A stretch of 64,000 nucleotides of DNA, from NCBI GenBank assembly GCA_030620995.1, contig JAUXIK010000002.1, forward strand, positions 23,903 to 87,902. The letters run 5' to 3'. Each line of letters starts with the position of its first letter. Position 1 is the first letter of the stretch. The notes below the pieces were generated by a model. It made no database searches, was not told the origin of the DNA, and was given only the letters and a program-made list of their open reading frames with translations. Both the position numbers and the translations under genes were made by a program. Of the stretch, positions 18,584 through 28,645 are shown in pieces. Source of the DNA: Candidatus Aegiribacteria sp. (GTDB lineage Bacteria; Fermentibacterota; Fermentibacteria; Fermentibacterales; JCC-6).

Positions 18584-20185
18584 ATGTTGGAATACCTGAT
18601 AGTTATCGCGATGCTGGGTTCAGGATTTACAGGTTTCACTGAAATCACTGAAACAGATTCAGATGATTGTGTTATCACAAAACTGATGACAGAGATCAAT
18701 GGAGAAATTCTTGAGAACACGGGACAGATATTACAGGAAGCCGGCGATACGGGCGGCGCAGATCTGTCACCAGCGGTTTTCTGGGTTGATAGGAATCATC
18801 AGGCTGCAATAGCAAACGAAACGGTGATATGCAGGGATGGTGAAGGGATTCTGGTCAGCTGGTATCTCAACAACGACAGAATTTCCAGATATGATACATT
18901 CGGATCGGAAATACCTCTCTGGAATTTTTCTATGCCGGGTAATGAATGGGATATGGATGTAGCCGCGGGGCAGGATACTCTGATGTTCTCAGCAGCTTCC
19001 AATATAGACGGAATATTTGCATGGCTGTCCGGGTCATCCGTGCCTGATTTATCTCTTGATCCCGGAAGAAAACAGGATATTTCATCTGACGGCCTGTATC
19101 TTGTCTACATCAACAGCTCGGGAGATTCGCTCATATGCGTGGATACTTCCACCGGTTCCGCGCTCTGGCAGACTGCGCTGTTTGCTGTAGGAAGTCAGAC
19201 AGACGGCGTGGAGATCTGCGGTGATAATTCACGAGTAGTGGCCTCGGTCTATGATGCTTCTTCCGGATGCATGGTTTACGATATGACTGACGGAAGCCTT
19301 GTAGGCACTCCTGTGGGGAATTACAGTCAGGTTCCTGCCAGAATCTCCGATGACGGCACAAGACTGGTGAATGGCGACTTCTATGGACGCATCAAGTTCT
19401 ATGAATTCGATGGAACTTCCTGGATTCAGCTTCTGAATTTCTATACAGGGCATACCTGGGCAACAGGCGTGGGGATAAGCGGCGACGGGCAGACCGCAGC
19501 AGGCGGAACAATGGGAACCAGCCCGCTGAGGGGGAAGGTCATTGCGTTCGACTGGCCTGCAGGAGGCTCACCGACCCAGCTGTGGCAGTATAACGAATAT
19601 GGAGATTATGTCACTTCTGTTGATATCAGCGAAGATGGCACGGTAATCGTTGCCGGAAGCTGGGGACAGTATCAGGGGACCTTTGGTGATGTTTTCACAG
19701 CCTTTGATCGCAGTGGCGGCGTGATATTGAATATTCTGGATGACATAGACGAACCGGGCTCTATATTCAGCGTAAGTGTAAGTTCTGACGGAAATTATGC
19801 GACTGCATCCGGCAAGGCCGTTCATGCAAGAGCGTTTGGCAACGGGGGACAGGTGTACAGCATAGACCTGACGACTACCGGAATGGAAGGAGCCCCGGTT
19901 GATCCACTGGTTTACTGGATGGGGGAGCCGTACCCGAATCCGGCCGCTTCACAGATGAGCATAGAACTGCACATACCGCAAATGGGCAGAATTACTGACC
20001 TTGCCGTGTATAGTCTGGATGGCAGACGGGTAGCCGCTCTGAACTGTGAAACCGCTCCAGGCGATCATGTCTCTGTCTGGGATATTACGGGCGATTCAGG
20101 CGAATCTCTATCCGCAGGACTCTACCTGATCAAATTGAGTGCTCCCGGAACCGTTTTGACAAGGAAAGTGATGATACTGAACTGA
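18584..20185 (+). CDS. Beta-propeller (WD40/PQQ-like) protein with T9SS-type C-terminal sorting domain
   Basis: Repeats of SxDGxxxxxG blades. C-terminus PYPNPAASQMSIELH...AVYSLDGRRV...GLYLIKL...RKVMILN matches the Por/T9SS CTD pattern. Confidence 0.7.
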   Translation: MLEYLIVIAMLGSGFTGFTEITETDSDDCVITKLMTEINGEILENTGQILQEAGDTGGADLSPAVFWVDRNHQAAIANETVICRDGEGILVSWYLNNDRISRYDTFGSEIPLWNFSMPGNEWDMDVAAGQDTLMFSAASNIDGIFAWLSGSSVPDLSLDPGRKQDISSDGLYLVYINSSGDSLICVDTSTGSALWQTALFAVGSQTDGVEICGDNSRVVASVYDASSGCMVYDMTDGSLVGTPVGNYSQVPARISDDGTRLVNGDFYGRIKFYEFDGTSWIQLLNFYTGHTWATGVGISGDGQTAAGGTMGTSPLRGKVIAFDWPAGGSPTQLWQYNEYGDYVTSVDISEDGTVIVAGSWGQYQGTFGDVFTAFDRSGGVILNILDDIDEPGSIFSVSVSSDGNYATASGKAVHARAFGNGGQVYSIDLTTTGMEGAPVDPLVYWMGEPYPNPAASQMSIELHIPQMGRITDLAVYSLDGRRVAALNCETAPGDHVSVWDITGDSGESLSAGLYLIKLSAPGTVLTRKVMILN

Positions 20186-20205
20186 CCTGTTAACCTGGAG
20201 AAATT

Positions 20206-20913
20206 ATGAACAGGGAGAGTAGAGCCGTAGTTCTTCTCAGCGGCGGCCTTGATTCCGCGACGACCCTGGCTGTTGCCAGAGCCGAGGATTTCAGCATATA
20301 CGCTATGTCTTTCAGTTACGGTCAGCGGCATTCACCGGAACTTAAAGCCGCTGCCGATATTGCCGGGATGCTGGGAACCGAGGATCATATAACAGTATCT
20401 CTTGATCCCCGCCTTTTCGAAGGATCCGCGCTTACCGGTACGGGGAATGTGCCGGTAAACAGTGTAACCATTGGAATTCCCGGGGAAATACCTCCGACGT
20501 ATGTCCCCGCACGGAATACAATTTTCCTTTCAATGGCTCTGGGATGGGCTGAGGCGATAGATGCAGGGCACATTTTCATCGGTGTCAATGCCCTGGATTA
20601 CAGTGGTTATCCTGATTGCCGTCCGGAGTACATCTCAGCTTTTCAGAGGCTTGCGGATCTCGCGACAAAAACAGCGGTTGAAGGTTATCCCACGAAAATT
20701 CATACCCCGCTTCTTAATATGACAAAGGCTGAGATTATCAGGCTGGGACTCGAACTTGGTGTTGATTATTCATTGACTGTAAGCTGCTACAATCCTGACA
20801 GAGAAGGGCGGGCTTGCGGTCGCTGTGATGCATGTTATCTGAGGTTGAAGGGTTTCAGGGAGAACGGCCTGAAAGATCCTGCTGCCTACTGCGGGAAATG
20901 CGGATGCGAATGA
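20206..20913 (+). CDS. queC: 7-cyano-7-deazaguanine synthase
   Basis: PP-loop [17 protein letters not shown]-terminal zinc cysteines CGRCDAC. Confidence 0.93.
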   Translation: MNRESRAVVLLSGGLDSATTLAVARAEDFSIYAMSFSYGQRHSPELKAAADIAGMLGTEDHITVSLDPRLFEGSALTGTGNVPVNSVTIGIPGEIPPTYVPARNTIFLSMALGWAEAIDAGHIFIGVNALDYSGYPDCRPEYISAFQRLADLATKTAVEGYPTKIHTPLLNMTKAEIIRLGLELGVDYSLTVSCYNPDREGRACGRCDACYLRLKGFRENGLKDPAAYCGKCGCE

Positions 20914-21509
20914 GCTACAGAGTAAAAGAGATGATTTACACGCTGCAGGGTGAAGGGGCCAACACCGGGGCTGCAGTTGTCCTGTGCAGGTTCGAAGGAT
21001 GCAATCTTGACTGCTCATTCTGCGATACTGATTTTGCAGGAATCAATGGTTTCTCAGGGGGTGAATATTCGTCATCCGACTCCCTCGCTGAAGCTGCATG
21101 TCGATGCTGGCAGGGAGATGTCCCATCGCGAAAAATTTTATGCACAGGTGGTGAACCACTGCTGCAGCTTGATTCAGAGCTTGTAGACACTTTACACGAG
21201 CGTGGATTTGAAATTCTGCTCGAAACCAATGGCACTCTGGCCGCGCCTGACGGAATTGACTGGATATGTGTGAGTCCGAAGTCCGGTGAGGATATTTTAA
21301 TCAGGCTGGGGGATGAGCTTAAGCTTATCTATCCTCAGGAGGGTATCGATCCTGAAAAATATCTTTTCCTGGACTTCAGGCATTTTTTTCTTCAACCGAT
21401 GTCAGGAGTGAATCTTGAGAAGAATGTGCGGCTTGCAATTGAGTACTGCCTTGAACACCCCCGCTGGCGTTTGAGTATGCAGATGCATAAATACACCGGT
21501 ATTCCGTAG
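20910..21509 (+). CDS. queE: 7-carboxy-7-deazaguanine synthase (radical SAM)
   Basis: ATGA overlap with queC. Contains [32 protein letters not shown]. The ORF-track start at 20832 is rejected because it lies inside queC. Confidence 0.9.
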   Translation: MSYRVKEMIYTLQGEGANTGAAVVLCRFEGCNLDCSFCDTDFAGINGFSGGEYSSSDSLAEAACRCWQGDVPSRKILCTGGEPLLQLDSELVDTLHERGFEILLETNGTLAAPDGIDWICVSPKSGEDILIRLGDELKLIYPQEGIDPEKYLFLDFRHFFLQPMSGVNLEKNVRLAIEYCLEHPRWRLSMQMHKYTGIP

Positions 21510-21522
21510 AAGAGAGAAAAAC

Positions 21523-21888
21523 ATGGAAATTTTCAGATTATTTACTTTTGACGCTGCACATTTACTTCCGAACCTTCCTCCCGGTCAGAAATGCGGCCTC
21601 ATGCATGGTCACACTTTTCATCTTGGCATTTATGTAGAAGGGCCTGTTGGGGAGAAAACCGGCTGGGTAATGGACTTCAGTGCCATTAAATCACTGTGCC
21701 GGCCTGTCCTGGAGGAACTTGATCACTCGTTTCTGAATGATGTTCCAGGACTTGAGAACCCGACCAGTGAAAATATCGCGAGATGGATATGGAACCGTCT
21801 CAAACCTGTCCTTCCTGCTCTGAGTATGGTGGAAATAAGGGAAACGCCTTCTTCCGGTTGCAGGTATCGGGGTTCAGAAGAATCATGA
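21523..21888 (+). CDS. queD: 6-carboxytetrahydropterin synthase
   Basis: 121 aa. FDAAHLLP, HGHTF, ETPSS. Confidence 0.9.
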   Translation: MEIFRLFTFDAAHLLPNLPPGQKCGLMHGHTFHLGIYVEGPVGEKTGWVMDFSAIKSLCRPVLEELDHSFLNDVPGLENPTSENIARWIWNRLKPVLPALSMVEIRETPSSGCRYRGSEES

Positions 21889-22706
21889 ACGACGTTCAGA
21901 ACAGTCACGACCCGCGAAAAATACCACTGGATGAAGCCGGTGTAAAAGATCTTCAATACCCGATAACAATTCTGGATCGGGAAAACGAAAAACAGCAGAC
22001 CGTTGCGACTATTTCAATGTCAGTTGCGCTTCCTCACCATTTCAAGGGCACGCATATGAGCCGTTTTGTGGAAGTTCTCAGCAGACATTCATGCGAATTC
22101 ACAGGACATACAATCCCGGAAATTCTGGAGGAATTAAAAAAGGTTCTTGATTCTGAATCAGCCAGTATGGAAATCAGTTTCCCGTATTTTCTCGAAAGAA
22201 AAGCTCCTGTAACAGATACTTCCGCGAAAATGAGCTATCAGTGCAGGTTTTCAGGCAGAACGGATCCTGACGGGACGGATTTCGTGCTGAGTGTAACGGT
22301 ACCTGTCAGCAGTTTATGTCCGTGCAGCAAAGAGATCAGCAGGTATGGCGCGCACAACCAGCGGGGATATATCACGATTGATGTCAGAAGCAGACCTGAC
22401 GAGAGCGGGAGTCCAGCGATTGTCTGGATAGAGGAACTGATTGAGATAGCGGAATCATCGGCATCATCCCCGGTTTACGCGGTTCTCAAGAGGCCTGATG
22501 AAAGGTATGTAACTGAACAGGCTTACGATAATCCCGTGTTCGTTGAAGATATGGTTCGGAATACCGCCGAGAAACTGATGAAGGATGAAAGAGTGACCTG
22601 GTTCCAGGTTACAGCAGAAAACCACGAGAGCATACACAACCACAATGCTTATGCCCGTGTTGAGTGGTTCAGGGAGCCTTTCCGTATTCGGCATCAACAG
22701 AAATAG
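21885..22706 (+). CDS. folE2: GTP cyclohydrolase I type IB (FolE2)
   Basis: ATGA overlap with queD. Contains IPLDEAGVKDLQYPI, KGTHMSRF, SLCPCSKEIS. Confidence 0.88.
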   Translation: MNDVQNSHDPRKIPLDEAGVKDLQYPITILDRENEKQQTVATISMSVALPHHFKGTHMSRFVEVLSRHSCEFTGHTIPEILEELKKVLDSESASMEISFPYFLERKAPVTDTSAKMSYQCRFSGRTDPDGTDFVLSVTVPVSSLCPCSKEISRYGAHNQRGYITIDVRSRPDESGSPAIVWIEELIEIAESSASSPVYAVLKRPDERYVTEQAYDNPVFVEDMVRNTAEKLMKDERVTWFQVTAENHESIHNHNAYARVEWFREPFRIRHQQK

Positions 22707-23070
22707 AAATTCCTCCTCTGATTCCGAAGTCGGCGATAACTCTGCACCATCGCGGATCCAGAGCTTTCACAAGATCATCAAGAATCATGTTGGCCACGTG
22801 CTCATGAAAAACGCCTTCATTCCTGAAGGACCAGAAATACAGTTTAAGTGATTTGGATTCCAAAATCTTTTTGACAGGTATGTACTCGATGGAGATAGAA
22901 GCAAAATCCGGCTGGCCGGTTTGAGGACAGAGGCAGGTGAATTCATCACAGGTCAATGTTACGACATAATTACGGTCGGGATGATGGTTAGGGAATATTT
23001 CAAGTTTTTTTGAAGGAAGATTCTTCCCTCCAAGAACTGTAAGTCCTTCCAGATCAGAATTGTCAGTCAT
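22669..23070 (-). CDS. queF: NADPH-dependent 7-cyano-7-deazaguanine (preQ0) reductase
   Basis: 133 aa. EFTCLCPQTGQPDFA catalytic Cys context, KSLKLY. 38-nt convergent overlap with folE2. Confidence 0.9.
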   Translation of the reverse strand: MTDNSDLEGLTVLGGKNLPSKKLEIFPNHHPDRNYVVTLTCDEFTCLCPQTGQPDFASISIEYIPVKKILESKSLKLYFWSFRNEGVFHEHVANMILDDLVKALDPRWCRVIADFGIRGGISISVDAEYGKAP

Positions 23071-23782
23071 TGGATAATATACTCCATTCCTTTGTGAATC
23101 TCGGGTCCAGAACCGGGATGACAGTATCCTTCACAGGTTTCCGCCATTTTTCCGTACTGAAATTGTGACTCTGCCAGATTTCAATACTTTCTACGATGAA
23201 TCTCCATCTCCACTCCGGTTCTGTGCTTTTCCATTCAACAACTTCATCAAAAAGCCTGCGGGGAGATCTCCCCTGCCGGACCTGTTCCAGAAGTAGAAGC
23301 TTTCCGGCCAGCCAGTCAGCGCATGCTGGCGGAAGGGATACCTTCTGGTTCATCTGTCTTTTGCACCGTACTTGAAGAACTGTGCCAAGTTCATTGTCAG
23401 TTCTGCAGAGTTTCAGGCACTTGCTGAAATCACTTCCAGCTTCGGAAAGCCTGTAAACAGGTCCCATTCTCAACCGGGCGGCTGAATCAGGATTGTCTGC
23501 TGCCTCATACAGATCAGCAGCTTTTTCGAACAGCTTTTCTGCTTCCTCCCATTTGCGGGCTCTGCACAGAACATCAGCAAGAATCGAGTAACCTGCAGGC
23601 CATGACGGATAGTTTGAAATGAGGTTTTCACCTGAAGTAACAGCAGCAGAAATGTTGCCAAGTTCAGTAAGAAGCTGAATTTCTCTTTTTCGCAACTTGC
23701 GCAGGCTGGAGAGTTTCTCCTCAGAGATGATTCTATTCCGGATTGAAAGCAGCTGTCTTCCAAGCTGTCCTGTTGTCGTCAC
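23063..23782 (-). CDS. Hypothetical helical protein (one TPR-like segment)
   Basis: 239-aa ORF overlapping the upstream HD-GYP gene by 4 nt and queF by 8 nt. No motif recognised. Confidence 0.5.
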   Translation of the reverse strand: MTTTGQLGRQLLSIRNRIISEEKLSSLRKLRKREIQLLTELGNISAAVTSGENLISNYPSWPAGYSILADVLCRARKWEEAEKLFEKAADLYEAADNPDSAARLRMGPVYRLSEAGSDFSKCLKLCRTDNELGTVLQVRCKRQMNQKVSLPPACADWLAGKLLLLEQVRQGRSPRRLFDEVVEWKSTEPEWRWRFIVESIEIWQSHNFSTEKWRKPVKDTVIPVLDPRFTKEWSILSND

Positions 23783-25656
23783 TGGAAATTGAACCCCTTT
23801 TCACAGATTACTCTTCTGCATGCCTTGACTACATCCGGGTCGTACAGTATGCCGGAGTTGAGAGTGATCTCTTCAATGGCCCTTTCAAGGCCGGGTATGG
23901 ATCTGTATGGCCGATGTGATGTCATGGCTTCCACCACATCAGCTACAGCGATGATTCTTGCCTCGATCAGGATATCTTCGCCTTTAAGCCCATTCGGATA
24001 ACCTGACCCGTTATACAATTCCTGATGCTGCAGGATCACATCGGCAACAGGCCATGGAAACTCTACTTCAGAAAGTATTTCATATCCGATCTGTGAATGT
24101 GTCTGTACGATTTCCTGTTCAAGTTTAGAGAGCTGTCCCGGCCGGGAGAGAATCTCCTGAGGTATGCTGATCTTGCCGATATCATGAACAAGAGAGATCA
24201 TGAAAACAGCTTCGACGTTATTTTCATCAAATCCTAACTCAATTGCAATCAGTCTCGCAAGCTCTGCAACTCTCAGCTGATGTCCTGATGTATAGGGATC
24301 CTTTGATTCAATTATTCTTGAGAGAGTATGAATGGTTCCTTTCACACTTTTCTTAAGATTCCGCATGCTCTTCTGTAGTTCAATTGTGCGATCCTTCACA
24401 CGTTCCTCGAGAAGGCGCTCGTGAGCTACCAGCTGGCTTTCCACAATCTTTCGATCATTGATTTCTCTACACAGCTCTACATTTCTCAGATAGTACAGTT
24501 CTGCTTCTTTCTCTTTTTGTTCCGTCTCATACCTGATCTGAAGCCCGGCGATAGTCTTAGTGCTTTTATCACTGAAGATCTCCTGCGTCAGGATGCTGTG
24601 CTTCTTGTAGTGCAGAAAAGCCTTCTCGTAGTCACCTGTTGCCTTGTAAAGATCGGAAAGCTCTTTGTAACAGTCTGATTCATAAACTCTGGCTCCGATA
24701 CCGATAGAAATCCGCAAGGCCCGCTCAAGGTATTCCAGAGCTTCATCATACTTTTTAAGAAGAATCATGATGTGACCTATAAGCTTGCAATTGTTGGAGA
24801 TACCTTTTTCGTTCTCCAGTTCCTCTGTAATAGACAGTGATTTCCTGTAGTATTCAAGAGCCGGTGTGTATTCTTCCAGTTCCATGTGAATATCTCCGAT
24901 ATTGCTGTATGAAACTGATATACCATGCTTGTCACCGAGTTCTTCCTTCAGGTTCAAAGATCTGCTGTTGTAATCCAGAGCGCTTTCCAGATCACCGCGT
25001 TCCTTTGCCAGAATTCCCATGTTATTTAAGGACATGGCCAGTCCGGACTGATCTCCTGTTTCTTCCCTTATCCTGAGGGCTTTCATGTAATATTCCTCTG
25101 CTTTTTCCAGGTTGTGTCGTTTACGGAAAATAATGCCAATGTTGTTAAGGGAATGAGCAATATGAATCTTCTTATCGATTTCCTCAAATATTGCAAGTGC
25201 TTTAAGATGCTGATCGATGGCAAGATCAAATCTGCTCTGATAGCTGTAAACAATTCCAATATTCGAGAATGTTGTCGCGATACCGTTTTTATCATCAAGT
25301 TCAGTGAAAATTTCGCGAGCTGTATTGAAATACTTCATGCTTTCATAATATTTGCCTCTGGACCCTTTCGAAATACCCATCAACTGATTGCTTCTTGCCT
25401 TACCCTCTCTGTATCCTGTTCTTTCGGAAAGAACCATGGCTTCCTTGGCGTACGCCTCAGTCATTAATGGTTTGGATCTGTACAGAGCCATGGCAAGATC
25501 ATTCAGCAAATCGACTCTCGCCCGACCGGTTTTCCCGGAAGGAGGTTTTGAACGCATCTTTTTCAGCTTGCGTTTGAGAGCCGTTATGTCAGTATTCAAA
25601 CGTCTGAACTCACTTTCCAGGGAAAGAGGTTTAATTAAAACTGAATCCTTTCTCAC
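23779..25656 (-). CDS. TPR-repeat / coiled-coil / HD-GYP domain protein (variant HQE...NGSGYP motif)
   Basis: About 8 TPR-like repeats, a coiled coil (LQIRYETEQKEKEAELYYL), then HDIGKISIP and QHQELYNGSGYP. Confidence 0.88.
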   Translation of the reverse strand: MRKDSVLIKPLSLESEFRRLNTDITALKRKLKKMRSKPPSGKTGRARVDLLNDLAMALYRSKPLMTEAYAKEAMVLSERTGYREGKARSNQLMGISKGSRGKYYESMKYFNTAREIFTELDDKNGIATTFSNIGIVYSYQSRFDLAIDQHLKALAIFEEIDKKIHIAHSLNNIGIIFRKRHNLEKAEEYYMKALRIREETGDQSGLAMSLNNMGILAKERGDLESALDYNSRSLNLKEELGDKHGISVSYSNIGDIHMELEEYTPALEYYRKSLSITEELENEKGISNNCKLIGHIMILLKKYDEALEYLERALRISIGIGARVYESDCYKELSDLYKATGDYEKAFLHYKKHSILTQEIFSDKSTKTIAGLQIRYETEQKEKEAELYYLRNVELCREINDRKIVESQLVAHERLLEERVKDRTIELQKSMRNLKKSVKGTIHTLSRIIESKDPYTSGHQLRVAELARLIAIELGFDENNVEAVFMISLVHDIGKISIPQEILSRPGQLSKLEQEIVQTHSQIGYEILSEVEFPWPVADVILQHQELYNGSGYPNGLKGEDILIEARIIAVADVVEAMTSHRPYRSIPGLERAIEEITLNSGILYDPDVVKACRRVICEKGFNFQ

Positions 25657-27328
25657 ATATCACTTTTTTGCAGGCTCGGACAACATCCTTGTCATAAAGA
25701 ATATCCTCATTATCAGTTATTTCCTGTACTGCTTCCTTCAAACCCAGAACTGCTCTGTAAGGACGATGGAATGACATGGCTTCAATGACATCCGCAACAC
25801 ATATGATCCTTGCTTCTATTGATATATCATTTCCTTTCAGACCCTGCGGATAGCCTGATCCATCAATGTGTTCATGATGTTCTCTGACAATTTCAGCAAT
25901 TGGCCAGGGAAAGTTTATCTCACTGAGAATGTTGTATCCTGCCTGAGGGTGGATCTGGATCATTTTCATTTCCAGGCTGCTCAGAATTCCGGGTTTGCTC
26001 AGTATCTCCTGCGGTACATTGATTTTTCCGATATCATGAACAAGAGATGCTACATGTATTGCTTCAATCTTTTCCTCTGGCAGTTCCATCTCCCTGGCTA
26101 TGACGCTGGCCAGCTTTGCGACCCTGACCTGATGCCCGGAAGTGTAGGGATCTTTCAGTTCCGTGATCTTCGAGAAAAGTTCTATTGTTCCCTGAAAACC
26201 GCGTTCGAGCTTATTGTAACTATTCTTAAGCTTGATTGTTCGTTCATTGATCAATTCTTCCAGCTGATCCTGGTGTTTCCTGAGTTCCTCCTCAAAATGT
26301 ATGCGTTCAGATATCTCGTTTTGCAGCTCGATGTTCTTCAGTTTGTATATTGCAGCTTCTTTTTTCTTCCTTTCAGTTTCAAATCTTATCTGAAGCTGAA
26401 TCATGTTTCTTGAGCTTTCATCACTGAATACTTTATGCGAGAGATCATTGTATTTTCTGTAGTATTCAAGAGCTCCACTGAAATCGCCCATTTCTTTGTA
26501 CAGATTTGAAAGGTTCTCGTATGCACATATCTCACGATATTTAGCATCAACTTCTTTTGCTGCTTTAAGAGCCTGATCCAGATAGCGTTTGGCCTGCTTG
26601 AATTTTCCCTGAATCGTGAGCAGCTCTCCCAGATTGTTGCATGATGCTGCCAGCCCGGATTTATATTCGATTTGATTGAATATTTCATAAGCTTTTTTAA
26701 ATTGTTTCTTCGCAGCAGCTAAGTCACCCTGGTTTTCCAGAATTATGCCTATATTGTTACAGGACGTTGCAATTCCAAGATCATCACCCAGTTCAGTGAA
26801 GGATTGCAGAGACCTTTCAGTGAACCCCAGAGCCTTTTCAAAATTCTTCTGATCCTGGTATATGTTGCCAAGATTGTTGTTTGTTTTTGCAATGCCTTTT
26901 ATATCACCAACCTTTTCACTTAATGCAAGTGATCTAAGGTAGTACTTTAATGCATTATCCTGATCTTTACTCTTCCCGTAAATATTACCGATAGCATTAA
27001 GTGTGATGGAAAGCTCAATTTTGTCATTGGTGTCTTCATAAATTGCAAGAGCTTTAAGGGTGTAATCAAGAGCTTTATCATATTCGCCTCTGTATGAGTA
27101 CGATATACCTTGAATCTTATAACATCTCGCGATAGTGATATCAACTTCATGTTCCTGAGCTATCAAGAGAGCCTGTTCGGCCAGATTACAGGCTTCATAA
27201 GGATTTGTCTTGTTAAGAATTTCTGCCAGGTCAAGAAGAACTTTAATTTCTTCCTCAGATTGGCTGCTGTCGGATATGCGAATATCCGCAAGTTTCTTCT
27301 GAAGCATCTTGATATTATTGATGATCAA
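25631..27328 (-). CDS. TPR-repeat / coiled-coil / HD-GYP domain c-di-GMP phosphodiesterase (canonical motif)
   Basis: Paralog of 23779-25656. Contains HDIGKINVP and EHHEHIDGSGYP. Confidence 0.88.
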   Translation of the reverse strand: MIINNIKMLQKKLADIRISDSSQSEEEIKVLLDLAEILNKTNPYEACNLAEQALLIAQEHEVDITIARCYKIQGISYSYRGEYDKALDYTLKALAIYEDTNDKIELSITLNAIGNIYGKSKDQDNALKYYLRSLALSEKVGDIKGIAKTNNNLGNIYQDQKNFEKALGFTERSLQSFTELGDDLGIATSCNNIGIILENQGDLAAAKKQFKKAYEIFNQIEYKSGLAASCNNLGELLTIQGKFKQAKRYLDQALKAAKEVDAKYREICAYENLSNLYKEMGDFSGALEYYRKYNDLSHKVFSDESSRNMIQLQIRFETERKKKEAAIYKLKNIELQNEISERIHFEEELRKHQDQLEELINERTIKLKNSYNKLERGFQGTIELFSKITELKDPYTSGHQVRVAKLASVIAREMELPEEKIEAIHVASLVHDIGKINVPQEILSKPGILSSLEMKMIQIHPQAGYNILSEINFPWPIAEIVREHHEHIDGSGYPQGLKGNDISIEARIICVADVIEAMSFHRPYRAVLGLKEAVQEITDNEDILYDKDVVRACKKVICEKGFSFN

Positions 27329-27475
27329 CGGACCTTCCCTTTGTTGAAGCGGGAGCCCGGATATTTTTGAAGTAACCCCCTGGCACTATCGGTATTATTA
27401 GCAATAATAGATTTTTCAGCAAAGCGTAAGTCTATCCCAGAAGGTGAGAGTACAGTATCCGGAAACCGCACTGAG

Positions 27476-27574
27476 TTAGACATAATGGTTGGACCACACA
27501 ACCAAACGGTTATATATCGTTAGTAGTTGCTAAACGATAACCGTACAGAAGGGTGGTCCAACCATTATGTCTAA
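27476..27574. repeat. 99-bp palindromic element with perfect 22-bp terminal inverted repeats
   Basis: TTAGACATAATGGTTGGACCAC (27476-27497) is the exact reverse complement of 27553-27574. There is an inner second stem (ACGGTTAT..ATAACCGT). The right arm contains the GGDEF gene stop codon. Confidence 0.9.
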
Positions 27575-28287
27575 ACCACTCTATTTCGGCCTCTATTTTT
27601 CGCTTCGTACAGCTTTCTGTCAGCCTTTCTTATATAGTAATCCGGCCTTACATTCGAATAGTCATCATCGTATACGCCAAAACTGATTGTTACCGGAACT
27701 TCCTGATTAATGTAGATGATGTTTAACTTCTCAATTAACGTTCGAAGCGTTTCTGCGACATTTCTACCGGTTTCAGGAGATGTGTCCGGCAGGACGATCA
27801 GGAATTCATCCCCTCCCCAGCGACAGATCATATCCTGCGCTCTCAGGCGGTTTTTAAACGCAGTCGCTATCTTCTGAAGAACTATGTCTCCGCATTCATG
27901 ACCATGTTTGTCATTAATCTGCTTGAACCAGTCTATATCACCCAGCATCAGAGAAAATGTACTGTTTGATCGAATACACCTGTGTATTTCATGCTTCAAA
28001 TTTTCTATCAGGAATCTTCTATTCATGGAATCGGTCAGGGGATCGAACATTACGATGCGTTCTATCTTATTCAAAAGAGTAGAAGTGGCAAGAATGGAAA
28101 GTAAAGCAAGAGAAAGAACGATCCCGGTCTCAAAGAAGCATTCAACGTAGTTGACAGGGGTAGGCATGCTGCCGAATAGAAGGTGAGGGAGATCCAGCAG
28201 CTCATCCATCCACAGGAACAGTATAATTAAAGAGAAGCCGGTGTATTCGCAAAAGACTATTCTTCTGAAGAGTTTGCTTCGACTCAT
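27571..28287 (-). CDS. Membrane-anchored diguanylate cyclase (GGDEF)
   Basis: Two N-terminal TM helices, RWGGDEFLIV active site, and RAQD (RxxD I-site) 5 residues upstream. Confidence 0.9.
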   Translation of the reverse strand: MSRSKLFRRIVFCEYTGFSLIILFLWMDELLDLPHLLFGSMPTPVNYVECFFETGIVLSLALLSILATSTLLNKIERIVMFDPLTDSMNRRFLIENLKHEIHRCIRSNSTFSLMLGDIDWFKQINDKHGHECGDIVLQKIATAFKNRLRAQDMICRWGGDEFLIVLPDTSPETGRNVAETLRTLIEKLNIIYINQEVPVTISFGVYDDDYSNVRPDYYIRKADRKLYEAKNRGRNRVV

Positions 28288-28645
28288 CTGAAAGCTCGCT
28301 ATCCAGAATCGCTGAAGTAAAAACGGTGCAGGTCCACAGTAAACAGGTTGGTTCCCAAAACCCCTCCCCGGCGTAATGCCGATACTGAAACTTTCAACCC
28401 GGATAGATTAAATTTAAACTTATTTAATATTAATACTACTACTTTAAAGATCTGAGCGCCAGATCTGCGTATGGCATCCATTTCGCTGGAAACGCCGGCG
28501 AAATATCAGGGATGATAATAAGACCTGTTCTTCTGCTGCACTTGACCGGGCTGGAGAAAATGATTCTGAATAGGATGATATATTTGTGGCTTACTGATAA
28601 CATCTCAGAAAATGGCTGGATTTTCTTATAGAATGAACCGGGAAT

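Noticed and set aside
20832-20909. Long N-terminal extensions given in the ORF track for queE (20832), folE2 (21783), the cupin (41914), the propeller gene (35585), the C25 peptidase (37608), the permease (51521) and the GYD protein (52159)
   Set aside because: In each case an internal ATG with a Shine-Dalgarno-like sequence or an ATGA stop-start overlap gives the family-typical N-terminus or signal peptide. The extensions overlap upstream genes or repeat DNA.
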